Shown piece by piece: positions 10,748 to 21,169 of a stretch of DNA of 32,000 nt. Source of the DNA: Mycobacterium leprae TN. GTDB lineage: Bacteria > Actinomycetota > Actinomycetes > Mycobacteriales > Mycobacteriaceae. The notes under the pieces were generated by a model that was not told where the DNA came from, did no database searches, and was given only the letters and a program-made list of their open reading frames with translations. Made by a program: the position numbers and the translations under genes. The stretch spans positions 2,460,001-2,492,000 of the forward strand of contig NC_002677.1 in assembly GCF_000195855.1 (NCBI RefSeq). Reading direction: 5' to 3'. The first letter of the stretch is position 1. Every line of letters starts with the position of its first letter.

Positions 10748-11082
10748 TCACGCCCCGAACAGCCTGCGCCGCAGCGTGGCGGCACTGCCAAAGATACGAA
10801 TACCCAGCACCACAATGATCGCCGTGGATAGTTGCGTACCAACGCCCAGCTGGTAGCCGACATAGACGATCAGGGCAGCCATCGAGACGTTGAATACGAA
10901 CGAAATAACGAACACCTTCGGGTCAAAGATCCGCTCAAGATAGGCACACAGTCCGCCGAACACCGCGTCGAGCGCAGCGACCACAGCGATCGGCAAATAC
11001 TGGTTAGATGAGCTCAGGTTCGCTAGAGTGAAAAGCTAGGCCCAGGACGATGCCAATCGCAAGCACTACGAGACCGTAGCAT
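10748..11082 (-). pseudogene. small basic membrane protein Sbp relic (Rv1824-like)
   Basis: Minus-strand reading from ATG 11082 gives ATG CTA C GGT CTC GTA GTG CTT GCG ATT GGC. Removing one extra C after codon 2 restores MLGLVVLAIGIVLGLAFHSSEPELI. That stretch then hits an in-frame TAA. A further 1-nt shift is needed to join PIAVVAALDAVFGGLCAYLERIF... (ORF 10748..10996). That makes three lesions. A truncated 82-aa product from TTG 10996 cannot be excluded. Confidence 0.6.
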
Positions 11083-11131
11083 AATGGTCGGATTCCCTAC
11101 GAGTTGCCCCAAGGGGAATCATTATCACGCG

Positions 11132-11155
11132 GACTTTGTCTCAGACTTTGTCTCA
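11132..11155. repeat. perfect 12-bp tandem duplication (GACTTTGTCTCA x2)
   Basis: Read directly: 11132-11143 is identical to 11144-11155. On the minus strand it encodes the doubled tetrapeptide SETK-SETK at the C-terminus of the DUF881 relic. Confidence 0.95.
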
Positions 11156-11508
11156 CTAGGACCCAATTGTTTGGCCAATTTGATACCTCGGATCGCTCCA
11201 GCGGGCAACGTGAGACCGTAGGCGATGTTTTCTACGCTGACACCGACGCCGTAGGAGGCTTCCAGCAGCCTGAGGCGCTGGACAACAGGGGCTGTCGTCG
11301 AACACGTCCAGCATGGATTGCGGTGACCCCACCGGCGAGGATGTGTAGGGATTGTTGTCAACCAGGATCGCTCCACCGGCCTGCCGAATAGTCACATTAG
11401 GCCCAATCCGTGCGCCATCAACTGAGATTGTCTCAGCACCGCTCGCTCACAACGGGTTAACGATAAGTTGCAGGTCGCGGTCTAGAATGATTTACCGACT
11501 GCCCTTTA

Positions 11509-11540
11509 TATGCGTTGCTTGGAATATGCGTTGCTTGGAC
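11509..11540. repeat. 16-bp tandem duplication (TATGCGTTGCTTGGAA / TATGCGTTGCTTGGAC)
   Basis: Read directly: 15 of 16 positions are identical between the two adjacent units. The repeat lies inside the DUF881 (Rv1823-like) relic, and its length is not a multiple of 3. Confidence 0.9.
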
Positions 11541-12086
11541 ACATCGGAAAGATATTAGAGCCTAAACTGGGGTTGGTTACACTCACCGTCAAACCAGGCC
11601 CGATGATTTAGTGTGCTGGCGGCCGCTATGCTAAGCACATCGAGGCGGTCGGCAGTCGTCGACCCTCGGCGTTGTGTGCGAGCCCGAGCTGCTGCACATC
11701 GTCGACTTGAGCCGAAAGCACACTGCGCTGTTGATCTAGCTTGGCCGCAACAGGCCTGGGTAGAACACACTTGCCACCAGTAACTGCTGGGCGGCGCGCA
11801 CACCAGGTGTGACCAAACAAGCTTGTGCAGCCACGACAGCAAATACCGTGGTGACCAGAGCCAGCTACCAACCCTTGCTAGATCCAACTGAAAGCGCAGG
11901 CGCGCGGCATGGTTGAGCAGCCACGCTCAGCAGCTGCCGCGGACGTAACCGGGATCGAAACGTACGGGACAACGAAGCACACGGCAGCGAGGGCACACCG
12001 GGACCTTCTTGGGCGGGCTTCCGCGTGAAGATTCTAGCCCGCTTTCGGGTCATAGCCGCTGAGCTGTCGCTCACGTTCGGCCATAT

Positions 12087-12761
12087 TCATCTGGCCTTTC
12101 CCGCAAACTGACGATGGGCTTGGTGCTTGATCTTAGGCATCCACCGCACCACCATCGTCATCTGCACCACATACAGCACGAATGCCCACAGGTACGCATA
12201 GGTACCCCAGATCAGAAACGCCCAACCGCAGGCCCCCAGAACACGGCTCCACAACGTGTCCCAAGTTCCTAGAAGAACGAATGGAAAGCCGACCATCAAG
12301 CTGAACGTCGCCGCCTTACCGATATAGGTCACCGGTAATGACAGCAGTCCGCGACTCCACAGCAACGGCAGCGTTGCGGTCAGTAGCACGTCACGTGCCA
12401 GTAGAGCGACGACAAACCACCACGGCACGATCCCGCTCAACGCCAACACGACGGGGATCGTCACCATGTACAGCCGATCGACAGCGGGGTCAAGCAGCAC
12501 ACCCAACCGCGAATACTGATCCAGCAGCCGGGCAATCTTGCCGTCGGCCCAGTCCGAGACACCGCTGAACACCAGAATCACCACCGCCCAGCCATCGGCG
12601 TGCATGACCAGCAGAACGTAGACAAACGCCGGGATCAGCGCCAGGCGGACAGCGCTGAGCAAATTGGGCACTGTCAGCACCCGATTGGGCGGACACACCG
12701 ACTCCATGAGCAGTGACCTTAGCCTGGCGATATGACGGTCCGGATAACGGGCCGAAAGCAA
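12087..12761 (-). CDS. pgsA2: CDP-alcohol phosphatidyltransferase (PgsA2-like)
   Basis: A 224-aa multi-TM ORF. The CDP-alcohol phosphatidyltransferase motif is D-W-A-D-G-K-I-A-R-x8-G-x3-D-x3-D (SDWADGKIARLLDQYSRLGVLLDPAVDRL). An internal start at 12707 (MESVCPPNR...) is possible. Confidence 0.85.
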   Translation of the reverse strand: MLSARYPDRHIARLRSLLMESVCPPNRVLTVPNLLSAVRLALIPAFVYVLLVMHADGWAVVILVFSGVSDWADGKIARLLDQYSRLGVLLDPAVDRLYMVTIPVVLALSGIVPWWFVVALLARDVLLTATLPLLWSRGLLSLPVTYIGKAATFSLMVGFPFVLLGTWDTLWSRVLGACGWAFLIWGTYAYLWAFVLYVVQMTMVVRWMPKIKHQAHRQFAGKAR

Positions 12762-12768
12762 TCGGACC

Positions 12769-15105
12769 TCAGCGGAAAACCCCGGGTAGGCTCAAGGGAG
12801 AAAGCGTGTCATCGGACAGCGGGGCATCATTGACCATGTAGGTCCACGTCGACGTCGGCCGCGCTAGTTTGGACAAATCCAGTCCTGGCGCCCCATCAAG
12901 GATATTCGCGGTTTCGAACGTCTGCTGGGCCGCCTCGATCGCGTCGGCGGCCAGCAAAGCAAACGCGTTCACCGCCAACCGGTGAAACTCGTCCAGAGGA
13001 CTTTGCCGGCCGAGCGCGCGCAAATGGATACTTTCACGAATGTCAGCCAGATACGCCAGATGATCGGCCCAGCCACGGTCGAGGTGATACAACATGATCA
13101 ATCGGCAGATCGTCTCGAGCCGTTCTTCGGCCTCCTCTTTGGGCAGTGCCTGAGCCAGCTCCTCGTAACGCTTGGGCGCCAGCTCTGCGAGCTCCTCGCG
13201 CGCGGTTGCACTACTCAGCAACGCGTTTCGCCGATCCACGATGATGGCGCGCTGCTGGGCTATCAACTGGTTGTAGCGCCAGGTATTCGCATGCACGTCC
13301 AGCAGCCGACCCTCCGCAACACGCTGGGCATGGTCAAGCAAACCGGTGGTTTTGAGGCTGATGATGCGGCCATCCTCGTCGGTCTGCATCGGCAACTTGT
13401 TGCGGTCGAGGTTGGCCGCAATGACATCATCTTCCCAGCTGGAGAAGAACACCGACGATCCAGGATCGCCCTGGCGCCCAGCCCGGCCACGCAACTGGTT
13501 ATCCAATCGCTCGGTATGGTGCCGCCCGGTGCCGACCACGTGCAGCCCACCTAGCTCGACGACCCTGTCGTGGTCGGATTCGTCAGATCCACCAAGACGG
13601 ATATCGGTGCCGCGCCCAGCCATCTGGGTGGACACGGTGACCGCACCGAATTTGCCGGCTTCCGCGATGAACCGCGCTTCTTCGGCATCGTTTTTAGCGT
13701 TGAGCACGACCGCGGGCACGCCGTGTCGCAGCAACCGCTCGTGCAGCTCCTCGGATTCGGCAACGTTACGGGTCCCGACCAGCACCGGTTGACCCGTTTC
13801 GTGCACCTCAGCGAGGTGCGCCACGATCGCGTCATTCTTGGCGGCCGCGGTGATGTAGACTCGGTCCGACGCGTCGTCACGAATGTTGGGAGTATTCGGC
13901 GGTATCGGTGACACACCGAGCTTGTAGAACTGGCGTAACTGCTCACCAGCGGCCAGCGCTGTGCCGGTCATACCGCACACAGTGGCGTAACGATTGATCA
14001 GTGCCTGCACTGTGATGGTATCGAGCACTTCGCCGGTCTCGGTGGTCTCGATGCCCTCCTTCGCCTCGACCGCGGCCTGCAGGCCGTCCGGCCAGCGTTG
14101 CAGCTGTGCGATGCGGCCGCGGGAGGCGTTGACTAGATGTACCGCGTCGTCTCGGACAATGTAGTGCACGTCACGCTGCAACAGCACATGGGCGTGCAAT
14201 GCGACGTTTACCTCGGTCAACGTGGTGCCAACGTGTTCCTCGGAGTACAGATCGATGCCACCGAGCGCCTTTTCGACCTTGCGCGCCCCGACATCAGTCA
14301 GGTGGACGTTGCGGCTGTCGGAATCGGTGTCATAATCGGATTCGGCGGACAGCTCGCCGACCAGCTTGATGATCTCGAGCCGCGGCGTCTCCCGATGCGT
14401 GGCACCGGCTAACACGAGCGGCACCAATGCCTCATCGACCAGCACGGAGTCGGCCTCGTCGATAAGGGCCACATCAGGATGGGGCGATACCAGGTCGTCG
14501 ACGTCGGTCACCAACTGATCGCGCAGCACATCAAAACCGATCTCGTTGACCGAGGCGTAGGTGACGTCGCAGCCGTAAGCAGCCTTACGGTCCTCGCGTG
14601 TTGACTCCGCGGTGATCCAGCCCACCGTCAGGCCTATGGCCTCGAGCAGCGGGCCCATCCATTCCGCATCACGGCGGGCCAAATAATCGTTGATCGTCAC
14701 GACGTGCACATGCCGGCCGGCAAGGGCGTATCCGGCCGCCGCAATCGCGCCGGCGAGAGTTTTGCCCTCACCGGTGGCCATCTCGATCACGTCACCAGCA
14801 AGCATGCGTAGCGCCCCGAGTAACTGCACATCAAAAGGCCTCAAACCCGTGGACCGCTCAGACGCTTCCCGGACGATGGCAAGGAATTGGGGGACGTCGC
14901 GAGAATCGGCGAGATCGTTGAGATTGAGCAACCCGCACGCCTTGCGCAACTGCTCATCGCCCAGATCGGCAGCTTCCTTGTGGTAAGCCGCCGCAGCAGT
15001 GACCTCAGCGGAAGAGTAGTTTAGGTTCTTGTCCGTGCTGGCGCCGAGTAGCCGCCAAAATCGACTACTCAGACGGCCAGGCTGAGTGCGAGGCGTCTTA
15101 GACAC
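12769..15105 (-). CDS. secA2: accessory preprotein translocase ATPase SecA2
   Basis: A 778-aa ORF. Walker A is MATGEGKTL and the DEAD/Walker B block is [13 protein letters not shown]. It lacks the long SecA1 C-terminal tail. It is near-colinear with the mycobacterial SecA2 sequence as I recall it. Confidence 0.95.
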   Translation of the reverse strand: MSKTPRTQPGRLSSRFWRLLGASTDKNLNYSSAEVTAAAAYHKEAADLGDEQLRKACGLLNLNDLADSRDVPQFLAIVREASERSTGLRPFDVQLLGALRMLAGDVIEMATGEGKTLAGAIAAAGYALAGRHVHVVTINDYLARRDAEWMGPLLEAIGLTVGWITAESTREDRKAAYGCDVTYASVNEIGFDVLRDQLVTDVDDLVSPHPDVALIDEADSVLVDEALVPLVLAGATHRETPRLEIIKLVGELSAESDYDTDSDSRNVHLTDVGARKVEKALGGIDLYSEEHVGTTLTEVNVALHAHVLLQRDVHYIVRDDAVHLVNASRGRIAQLQRWPDGLQAAVEAKEGIETTETGEVLDTITVQALINRYATVCGMTGTALAAGEQLRQFYKLGVSPIPPNTPNIRDDASDRVYITAAAKNDAIVAHLAEVHETGQPVLVGTRNVAESEELHERLLRHGVPAVVLNAKNDAEEARFIAEAGKFGAVTVSTQMAGRGTDIRLGGSDESDHDRVVELGGLHVVGTGRHHTERLDNQLRGRAGRQGDPGSSVFFSSWEDDVIAANLDRNKLPMQTDEDGRIISLKTTGLLDHAQRVAEGRLLDVHANTWRYNQLIAQQRAIIVDRRNALLSSATAREELAELAPKRYEELAQALPKEEAEERLETICRLIMLYHLDRGWADHLAYLADIRESIHLRALGRQSPLDEFHRLAVNAFALLAADAIEAAQQTFETANILDGAPGLDLSKLARPTSTWTYMVNDAPLSDDTLSPLSLPGVFR

Positions 15106-15212
15106 AGGTTAACGGTACGCTAGCCACCGATCACCTCAAGCAAGCGCGCCTGTACACCGACACGCCGCTAACCCCGGCAATCTGCGGACATTCGCGGCCC
15201 GGGCCGGCGTGA

Positions 15213-16859
15213 TCAAGCCAGGTTGGACCGGCGAGGGTAGGCGACACTCGGATCGGTCAGCACATTCACGACCGACGGCAGACCGGTGACGAAAGCACGT
15301 TCGAGTGCAGGCCGAAGCTCACCGGGCACCGACACCAGCTCGCCGTGACCGCCGAGGGCACGAACCACCTCGTCGTAGCGAGTACCCGGGCGGAGTTCCG
15401 CTACCACCGAGTAGCCGTACAACGCTTCCATCGGGTGTTTCTCTAAGCCCCAGATCCCGTTGTTGCCGATCACCGACACGACGGGAACATTGTGCCGAAC
15501 CAGAGTGTCCCATTCCATGCCGCTGAAGCCAAACGCGCCGTCGCCCTGCAGCAGGACAACTTGACGGTTGGGCCGGGCGAGTTTAGCGGCCAGAGCGTAG
15601 CCAGGGCCCGAACCCAGGCAACCGAACGGCCCGCTGTCCAACCAGCAACCCGGTAGATAGCTGTCGATCACCCGGCCGGCATAAGACCCGAAATCACCGG
15701 CGTCGATCACGACAATCGCGTCGCGGTCCAGCAGCGACGCGAGCTCAGCGTACACCCGCATCGGGTGCAGCGGGAGCCGGTCGTCGTCCAGTTCAGCTTT
15801 CTCAAGGTCACGCGTGGCGGTCTCGGCCGTCCGCAGCGCGCGGATCCAGTCCTGACTGTCGGTCCCACCGACTCCAGCCAACGCCGAGAGAATAGCTGGC
15901 AAATCTCCGTAGAGCCCGGCCGCGACGGGTCGCGGATAGTCGCGATCGGGTTCAGCACGGTCCGCCACCACGAGCTGTGTTTGTGACCCGAACACCTTGC
16001 CGAAGCCCAGCCGGAAATCCATCGGCACCCCAACAACCAGTGCCACATCTGCCTCACCCAATGCTTTTCCCCGCGCCCGCGAGAAAGCCAACGGGTGGTC
16101 GGCGGGCACTACGCCGCGTGCCATTCCGTTCATCAGCACAGGGATCTGGCATTCCTCGGCTAGACGTAGTAGCGCGGCCTCGGCGTGCCCCCACCAGACG
16201 TTGGTCCCGGCCATGATCACCGGCCGGTGCGCCGCGGCTAACAGGCCGGCAGCCCGGTCCAGGGCTTCGGGGTTGGCAGCGGGAGCCACAGGCAAGTTGG
16301 CCAAAGCGCCAGGACCACCGCCAACGTCGTCAGCCATGGAAAACACATAGTCCATCGGGAAATCAACGAAACCCACTCCGGACGGGGCAACCACCGCGGC
16401 CTGCAATGCTTCGTCGACAAGCCGGCCGGCGGCATCCGCCGACTGTGCGGTGGCGGCGAAACGGGCTAGCGGAGCCACGAACGGCACGTGATCAATCTCC
16501 TGTAACGAGCCCATACCCCATCGCAGTGCGGGTGCTCGGCCGCCGAGCACTACCAGCGGCGACTGGTTCTGCTGCGCCGCCGCCATCGCGCTCATACCGT
16601 TGGTGACGCCCGGCCCCGCGGTTAGTACAGCCACACCTGGCTGCCTGGTCACTTTCGACCAACCCTCGGCGGCGAAGGCCGCTGTCTGCTCGTGGCGCGT
16701 GTCTATGAGCCTGATACTCTCGCTACGGCAACCGTCGTAAATGGAAAATAGATGCCCACCTGACAACGTAAAGACGGTGTCGACACCGCTGGCTTTGAGT
16801 CGACGTACGACGAGCCGGCCGGCGTGAATGCTGTGGGTCAGGACAGGGTCGGTGCTCAT
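15213..16859 (-). CDS. ilvG: ThDP-dependent acetolactate synthase large-subunit-like enzyme (Rv1820-like)
   Basis: A 548-aa ORF. The ThDP-binding motif is [30 protein letters not shown]. The N-terminal Pyr domain has [18 protein letters not shown]. Confidence 0.9.
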   Translation of the reverse strand: MSTDPVLTHSIHAGRLVVRRLKASGVDTVFTLSGGHLFSIYDGCRSESIRLIDTRHEQTAAFAAEGWSKVTRQPGVAVLTAGPGVTNGMSAMAAAQQNQSPLVVLGGRAPALRWGMGSLQEIDHVPFVAPLARFAATAQSADAAGRLVDEALQAAVVAPSGVGFVDFPMDYVFSMADDVGGGPGALANLPVAPAANPEALDRAAGLLAAAHRPVIMAGTNVWWGHAEAALLRLAEECQIPVLMNGMARGVVPADHPLAFSRARGKALGEADVALVVGVPMDFRLGFGKVFGSQTQLVVADRAEPDRDYPRPVAAGLYGDLPAILSALAGVGGTDSQDWIRALRTAETATRDLEKAELDDDRLPLHPMRVYAELASLLDRDAIVVIDAGDFGSYAGRVIDSYLPGCWLDSGPFGCLGSGPGYALAAKLARPNRQVVLLQGDGAFGFSGMEWDTLVRHNVPVVSVIGNNGIWGLEKHPMEALYGYSVVAELRPGTRYDEVVRALGGHGELVSVPGELRPALERAFVTGLPSVVNVLTDPSVAYPRRSNLA

Positions 16860-16952
16860 ATCAGCAGCCTATCCGCGACTTTCGGGTACCTTCGCCGAGA
16901 GATTTCTGTATTGAGGTGCTTTCAGCGCCTCAATCGCGAGGAGACATCAAAC

Positions 16953-18869
16953 GTGGAGTTAAGACCATTCTATCCATCTGTCAACTGGGGCTACGCGCTG
17001 CCAGACTCGTTGTGGTGGATCGCCAAGGCATGGGCGATCAGTGCCGCTTGCGTCGTTGTCTTGGTAATGCTCAGTTTTATCACCCGCTGGGGTCGCCAAT
17101 ACTGGCGGATTACCCGCGGCTATTTCATCGGACCGCAGTCGGTCGGGGTGTGGCTGATGCTAGCTGTGCTGCTGTTCTCGGTCGTCATCAGCGTGCGGTT
17201 GAACGTTTTGTTCAGCTACCAAAGCAAAGACTTGTATAACGCGCTGCAAGCAGCCTTCGAAGGCGCCGGCGCACAGAACGACCTGGTTAAACAGTCAGGT
17301 ATGCACGGCTTTTGGATGTCGCTCGGAATCTTCTCCATTTTGGCAGTCATATTCATTGCCCGCGTGATGGCCGACATTTATCTGACCCAGCGGTTCATCA
17401 TCGCCTGGCGAATGTGGCTTACCAACCACCTCACAACTGACTGGCTGGACCAGCGCGCCTATTACCGGGAACAATTCATCGACAATACGATCGACAACCC
17501 CGACCAACGTATCCAGCAAGACATCGATATCTTCACCGCCGGCGCCGGCGGCACCCCCAACGGTCCCTCCAACGGAACGGGCAGCACACTGTTGTTTGGG
17601 GCTGTCGAATCGGTGATATCGGTGATTTCGTTCACCGCGATCTTGTGGAACCTTTCCGGTCGGCTCGCCGTGTTTGAGTTCGAAATACCGCGCGCCATGT
17701 TCTGGATCGTCATTGTCTACGTGCTGTTAGCAACGATCATAACGTTCTGGATCGGCCGCCCATTAATCGGGCTGAACTTTGCCAACGAAAAACTCAACGC
17801 CGCCTTCCGCTATGCGTTAGTGCGGTTGCGCGACGCTGCCGAGGCGGTTGCATTTTATCGGGGTGAGGAGGCTGAACGGAAGCAATTGGAGCAGCGCTTC
17901 ACACCGATTATTGACAATTACCGCAGGTACGTCAGCCGCACTATAAGATTCCTAGGTTGGAACGCCTCGGTAAGCCAGACCATTGTTCCGCTACCGTGGA
18001 TTCTTCAGGCACCGCGGCTGTTCGCCGGGAAAATTAACTTGGGGGACGTCGGCCAAACCGCGACCGCATTCGGCAATATTCACGACTCGTTATCGTTCTT
18101 TCGCAACAATTATGCCGCATTTGCGGCTTTCCGGGCCGCAATCATCCGGTTGCATGGACTCGTCGTTGCAAATGCTCGCAGCCGGGAGTTGCCCCACGTA
18201 ACAGCTAAGTCGACGAACGATGGTACAGTTCATGTGGTCGCTGTCGAGGTGCGAACGTCGGCAGGCGAGCAGCTGATTGACCCGCTCGACCTGCAACTTA
18301 ATTGCGGTAGTTCACTGGTCATCACTGGGCGCTCCGGGGTAGGCAAGACCACAATGCTGCGCAGCCTGGCCGAATTGTGGCCATACGCTTCCGGGACCCT
18401 AAGCCGCCCCGACGGCAAGAACGAAACGATGTTCTTATCGCAGTTGCCCTATGTACCACTGGGCAACCTACGCGGCGTGGTGTGTTACCCAAATGCGCCC
18501 GCCGACATCCCTGAAGACACTGTGCGGGACACCCTAACGAAGGTAGCCCTCAACCCGCTGTGTGACCGGCTAGACGAAGAACGGGACTGGGCCAAGATAC
18601 TATCCCCAGGCGAGCAACAACGCATTGCCTTTGCCCGTATCCTGCTCACCAAACCAAAGGCAATATTCCTCGACGAAAGTACGTCCGCGCTTGACGAAGG
18701 GCTGGAATTCGCACTCTACCAAATGCTGCGAAGCGAACTGCCAGACTGCATCATCGTCAGCGTTAGCCATCGGCGCGCAGTCGAGCTGCTCCACGCACAA
18801 CAGCTGGAACTGCTTGGCGGCGGCCAGTGGCGACTGGGCCCAGTGGAAAAGGAGCCGCTGCATGTCTAG
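16953..18869 (+). CDS. bacA: BacA/SbmA-like fused TMD-NBD ABC transporter (Rv1819c-like)
   Basis: The ORF is open from 16824, but that start overlaps the divergent ilvG start. GTG 16953 ([13 protein letters not shown]...), with GAGGAG upstream, gives 638 aa and an orthologue-like N-terminus. Walker A is GRSGVGKTT, the signature is LSPGEQQR, and Walker B is [11 protein letters not shown]. Confidence 0.9.
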   Translation: MELRPFYPSVNWGYALPDSLWWIAKAWAISAACVVVLVMLSFITRWGRQYWRITRGYFIGPQSVGVWLMLAVLLFSVVISVRLNVLFSYQSKDLYNALQAAFEGAGAQNDLVKQSGMHGFWMSLGIFSILAVIFIARVMADIYLTQRFIIAWRMWLTNHLTTDWLDQRAYYREQFIDNTIDNPDQRIQQDIDIFTAGAGGTPNGPSNGTGSTLLFGAVESVISVISFTAILWNLSGRLAVFEFEIPRAMFWIVIVYVLLATIITFWIGRPLIGLNFANEKLNAAFRYALVRLRDAAEAVAFYRGEEAERKQLEQRFTPIIDNYRRYVSRTIRFLGWNASVSQTIVPLPWILQAPRLFAGKINLGDVGQTATAFGNIHDSLSFFRNNYAAFAAFRAAIIRLHGLVVANARSRELPHVTAKSTNDGTVHVVAVEVRTSAGEQLIDPLDLQLNCGSSLVITGRSGVGKTTMLRSLAELWPYASGTLSRPDGKNETMFLSQLPYVPLGNLRGVVCYPNAPADIPEDTVRDTLTKVALNPLCDRLDEERDWAKILSPGEQQRIAFARILLTKPKAIFLDESTSALDEGLEFALYQMLRSELPDCIIVSVSHRRAVELLHAQQLELLGGGQWRLGPVEKEPLHV

Positions 18870-19079
18870 CTAGCGCGGTGCTACCGCACGCTAACAGGTA
18901 GCACCCTTGCAGGGTTAACGAGTACAGGTTCGCATGCCCGAGCTCAAATTCACGGGACGAAGTGTCCATGTAGAGCACATACGGACCGTGCTTTTCTCGC
19001 CGGCCAGAGGAAATCGCGGTCCGCCGGTGATTCGTGGGTGTGCAAACATGCAAGCCACGCCCGACAGGTTCGGGCATAG

Positions 19080-19560
19080 TCAGTCGCGTCGATCTTTCGT
19101 TACTTTCTTCACCTCAAACCATTTCTCGCACGCGGTAGGCAATTCAGGCGCTCTAGTGGTGGGTGGTTTTGAGGCGTTTAGGTGTGGTTGGTTGAGGTAA
19201 GTGGGCGGTGTATGTGGTTGCTGTCTTGGAGTTGCGCGATGGCGACCGGGGTCGGCTGGGGTGGTTGACGAGGGTGTTGTGGGTGCTGGTGGGGCAGGTG
19301 ACACGGGCGTGGATTGTGTGGTTGGTGTCCGATGGAGTGGCTAGATACTGATATCGCGGTTCGGGTACGCCGGGGACGGGACGTGCTTCGGTGATCGATG
19401 AGGTCATGGTGCTCGTAGAGACGTTGGTCGGCGATGTTATGCGAATCGGCCGTTCAGCGTCGGAGCGGCCCGTCACCGGAGCAGTTGATGGCTGTGGGGG
19501 ATTTCGTTTTCCTTGGTCGCGCGGATCTGGCATAAGTGGGGGCATCCAGTCGCATCGCGT
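19080..19560 (-). pseudogene. possible second IS630-type transposase C-terminal relic (very degenerate)
   Basis: Weak evidence only. The minus-strand frames give IRITSPTNVSTS...YLATPSDTNHTIHARVTCPTSTHNTLVN. This loosely parallels ICDNYANPQTP..SWLQDN..LHFTPTSCS*L of the clearer relic at 21170-21535. Low-complexity A+C-rich composition makes chance resemblance likely. Confidence 0.3.
19150..19340. other. extreme G+T-rich (plus strand) compositional block
   Basis: My hand count of 19151-19330 (180 nt) gives G 88, T 55, A 16, C 21. That is about 79% G+T on the plus strand. A milder skew continues to about 19560. Confidence 0.9.
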
Positions 19561-19799
19561 GAAGACCTTCAAGTTCGTTACCGACCCCGACGTGGGAGAC
19601 CAAACGGCGTGATGTGGTCGGGCTCGACCTGGATCCACGTGCGTCACGAAGTGCTGATGATTGGCATGGCAGTGAAGGTGAGAGATCTTCGCCGCCGGGC
19701 CTGTCGCAGCAGGAACGGTGAAGCGGGGGCACCTTGGCCTTGGGTGGCGTCGGGAAGGGGAGGAATCGTCCTAGGTCCTGCTTGGGTGTTGTGTGGCCA

Positions 19800-20886
19800 A
19801 CACGATTTATCGGGTTGGGGTCATCGTCGGTCGATCGTGGCCGCAGGTTTGATGACCTGTTCAATCTCGTGTGTGACCCGGCGAACATTGTTGGTGGCGT
19901 TTGACTGGGTCACGGGCAACTATGGGGCGAATACTGCTGGTGTGGACGCCCGGACCGGAGCCCATGTTGAGGAAATCGTCGAGGTAGCGGGTTGTTGGAC
20001 AATCTGCGGATCGAGTCGTTCAGGCTGCGTTGAAGCTGGTGTTGGAGCCTGTCGTCGAGGCCGCTTTCGAGCCGATCTCCCCTGGATTCCGCCCCCAAGC
20101 GGCGATCTCAGGGACACGATCGCCGAAATTCACCAATACAGCACTACAAGCTATCGGTGGGTGCTGTATGCAGACATTGAGGTGCGCTGTGACTCTATCT
20201 CACATTCTGCTCTGTTGGAGCGGATGCTATTGCCAGTCAAGGATAAACGCGTACTTGGTCCTGGTGAAGGCGTTTTCTAAGGCCGGTGTGCTCACCGAGT
20301 CTGGTGAGCACCAGAACACTCACACCGGAACGTCTCAGGGCAATATCTTGTCGCCGGTGCTGACCAACATCGCCTTGCCTGGGCTCGATGAGTATCGGAT
20401 GCAGCCATGGAAACCGTGCGGCTCGATGTCCACTGCTTACCTGCCTAGTCGGCGCCGCGTCACAGGCCTGCTGAGTACAACGCAGTCGTCCCGCGTAGCG
20501 GACGACTGCGTTGTACTCAGCACATGGCGACCAGACACGCCAGAGGCCTGCAAAACGAAATAAACTCGATGCTTACGCCTCTAGGTCTGCAGCTGTCGAC
20601 TGCAAAGACAAAGACCGCGCACTTCGGTAACTGGTATGGACTTTCGCGGCTTCCACACCGGGTGGACACCCAAGAAGGCAACGACCACGTGGGCATGTCT
20701 AGGACTTGTATCGCCGACCGGGCACGACGGTCGGTCAAAGCCAAGATCCGTGCCCTGGCAAACAGGAAATCACAGCGCAATCCGGGGGCCGTGCTGGCAC
20801 AGATCAACCATCGGTGGTTTCGAGCACTGTATCGCCGGAGATGGAAAGACATTCGCCGGCAGTTCACCACCTCCGAAAAACGGTGA
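19800..20886 (+). pseudogene. group II intron reverse transcriptase/maturase, frameshifted
   Basis: RT motifs are spread over all three frames. They include FDDLFNLVCDPANI.., AFDWVTGNYGANTAGVDARTGAHVEE, KLVLEPVVEAAFEPISPGFRP, IAEIHQYSTTSYRWVLYADIEVRCDSISHSALLERM.., KDKRVLGLVKAFSKAGVLTE, TGTSQGNILSPVLTNIAL and RVADDCVVL (the YADD box). LTPLGLQLSTAKTKTAHF and the maturase tail SVKAKIRALANRKSQ...INHRWFRALY are also present. The sequence contains multiple stops. Confidence 0.85.
20471..20520. repeat. perfect 21-bp inverted repeat with 8-nt loop (50-nt hairpin) inside the dead RT gene
   Basis: Read directly. CTGAGTACAACGCAGTCGTCC (20471-20491) is the exact reverse complement of GGACGACTGCGTTGTACTCAG (20500-20520). 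The loop is CGCGTAGC. The right arm encodes the RT ADDCVVLS box. Confidence 0.95.
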
Positions 20887-21019
20887 AAACCGATTGACGC
20901 AGAAGAGACCACCCTATTGAACCCGACCTCGATACCGGTCACCCGGTACCGCTACCAAATCACCACAATACCCAACCCTTGGACCAGTATTCCCACCGCC
21001 TAACGGTAGTGACCATGAA

Positions 21020-21053
21020 AAGCCCGGTGCGCAAAGACGCGCACACCAGGATC
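21020..21053 (+). ncRNA. group II intron domain V-like element (decayed)
   Basis: The 34-nt sequence AAGCCCGGTGCGCAAAGACGCGCACACCAGGATC folds on the canonical domain V template. The AGC triad is at nt 2-4. The lower helix is 2-33, 4-31, 5-30, 7-28, 8-27 and 9-26. The AC bulge is at nt 24-25. The upper helix is 10-23 through 13-20. The 4-nt loop AAGA sits at the GNRA position. 10 of 14 template pairs are intact. Four of the five deviations (nt 1, 14, 15, 29) are what G-to-A changes on this strand would produce. Confidence 0.7.
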
Positions 21054-21169
21054 GGCGACCAGTCTGGGAAACGGACCGAAAGTAATACACCCACACCGCG
21101 CCCCAGGCCTACTCAACCCGCGGCCGCGATTATGCTCTAGCGTCGACAATGAAGCCCCAGACCCAAGCA

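Larger units (their letters stand above)
11125..12074 (-). pseudogene. DUF881 family protein relic (Rv1823-like)
   Basis: C-terminal homology is split across two overlapping frames. One gives [34 protein letters not shown]. The other gives [42 protein letters not shown]. Upstream fragments run to 12074, 12 nt below the pgsA2 stop. No intact ORF exists. Confidence 0.65.
19800..21095 (+). mobile_element. group II intron relic (domain IV RT ORF, domain V, presumed domain VI); 5' boundary not determined, possibly 5'-truncated
   Basis: An RT/maturase relic is followed 134 nt later by a 34-nt domain V-like hairpin, which is the canonical group II arrangement. The 3' end is estimated only from the typical domain V-VI length. 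Confidence 0.7.

Noticed and set aside
16824-16952. Longer N-terminus for the ABC transporter (start at 16824)
   Set aside because: It would overlap the divergent ilvG start codon region by 36 nt. The extra 43 residues have no orthologue-like sequence. GTG 16953 gives the expected N-terminus.
18870-19149. Possible intron 5' end (GTGCA at about 19039 followed by hairpin GCCCGA..TCGGGC) or an intrinsic terminator after bacA
   Set aside because: The match to the GUGYG 5' consensus is imperfect. The distance to the RT ORF is longer than typical. The post-bacA stems are only 5 bp. None of these can be supported without a structural model search.
19080-19647. Pro/Thr/His/Gln-rich ORFs (19153..19647 and 19080..19304 on the minus strand; 21149..21355 on the plus strand) as possible PT-rich secreted proteins
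   Set aside because: An A+C-only codon set can encode little other than T, P, H, Q, N and K. The amino-acid bias is therefore a by-product of the nucleotide skew. The ORFs overlap each other and sit in element debris.
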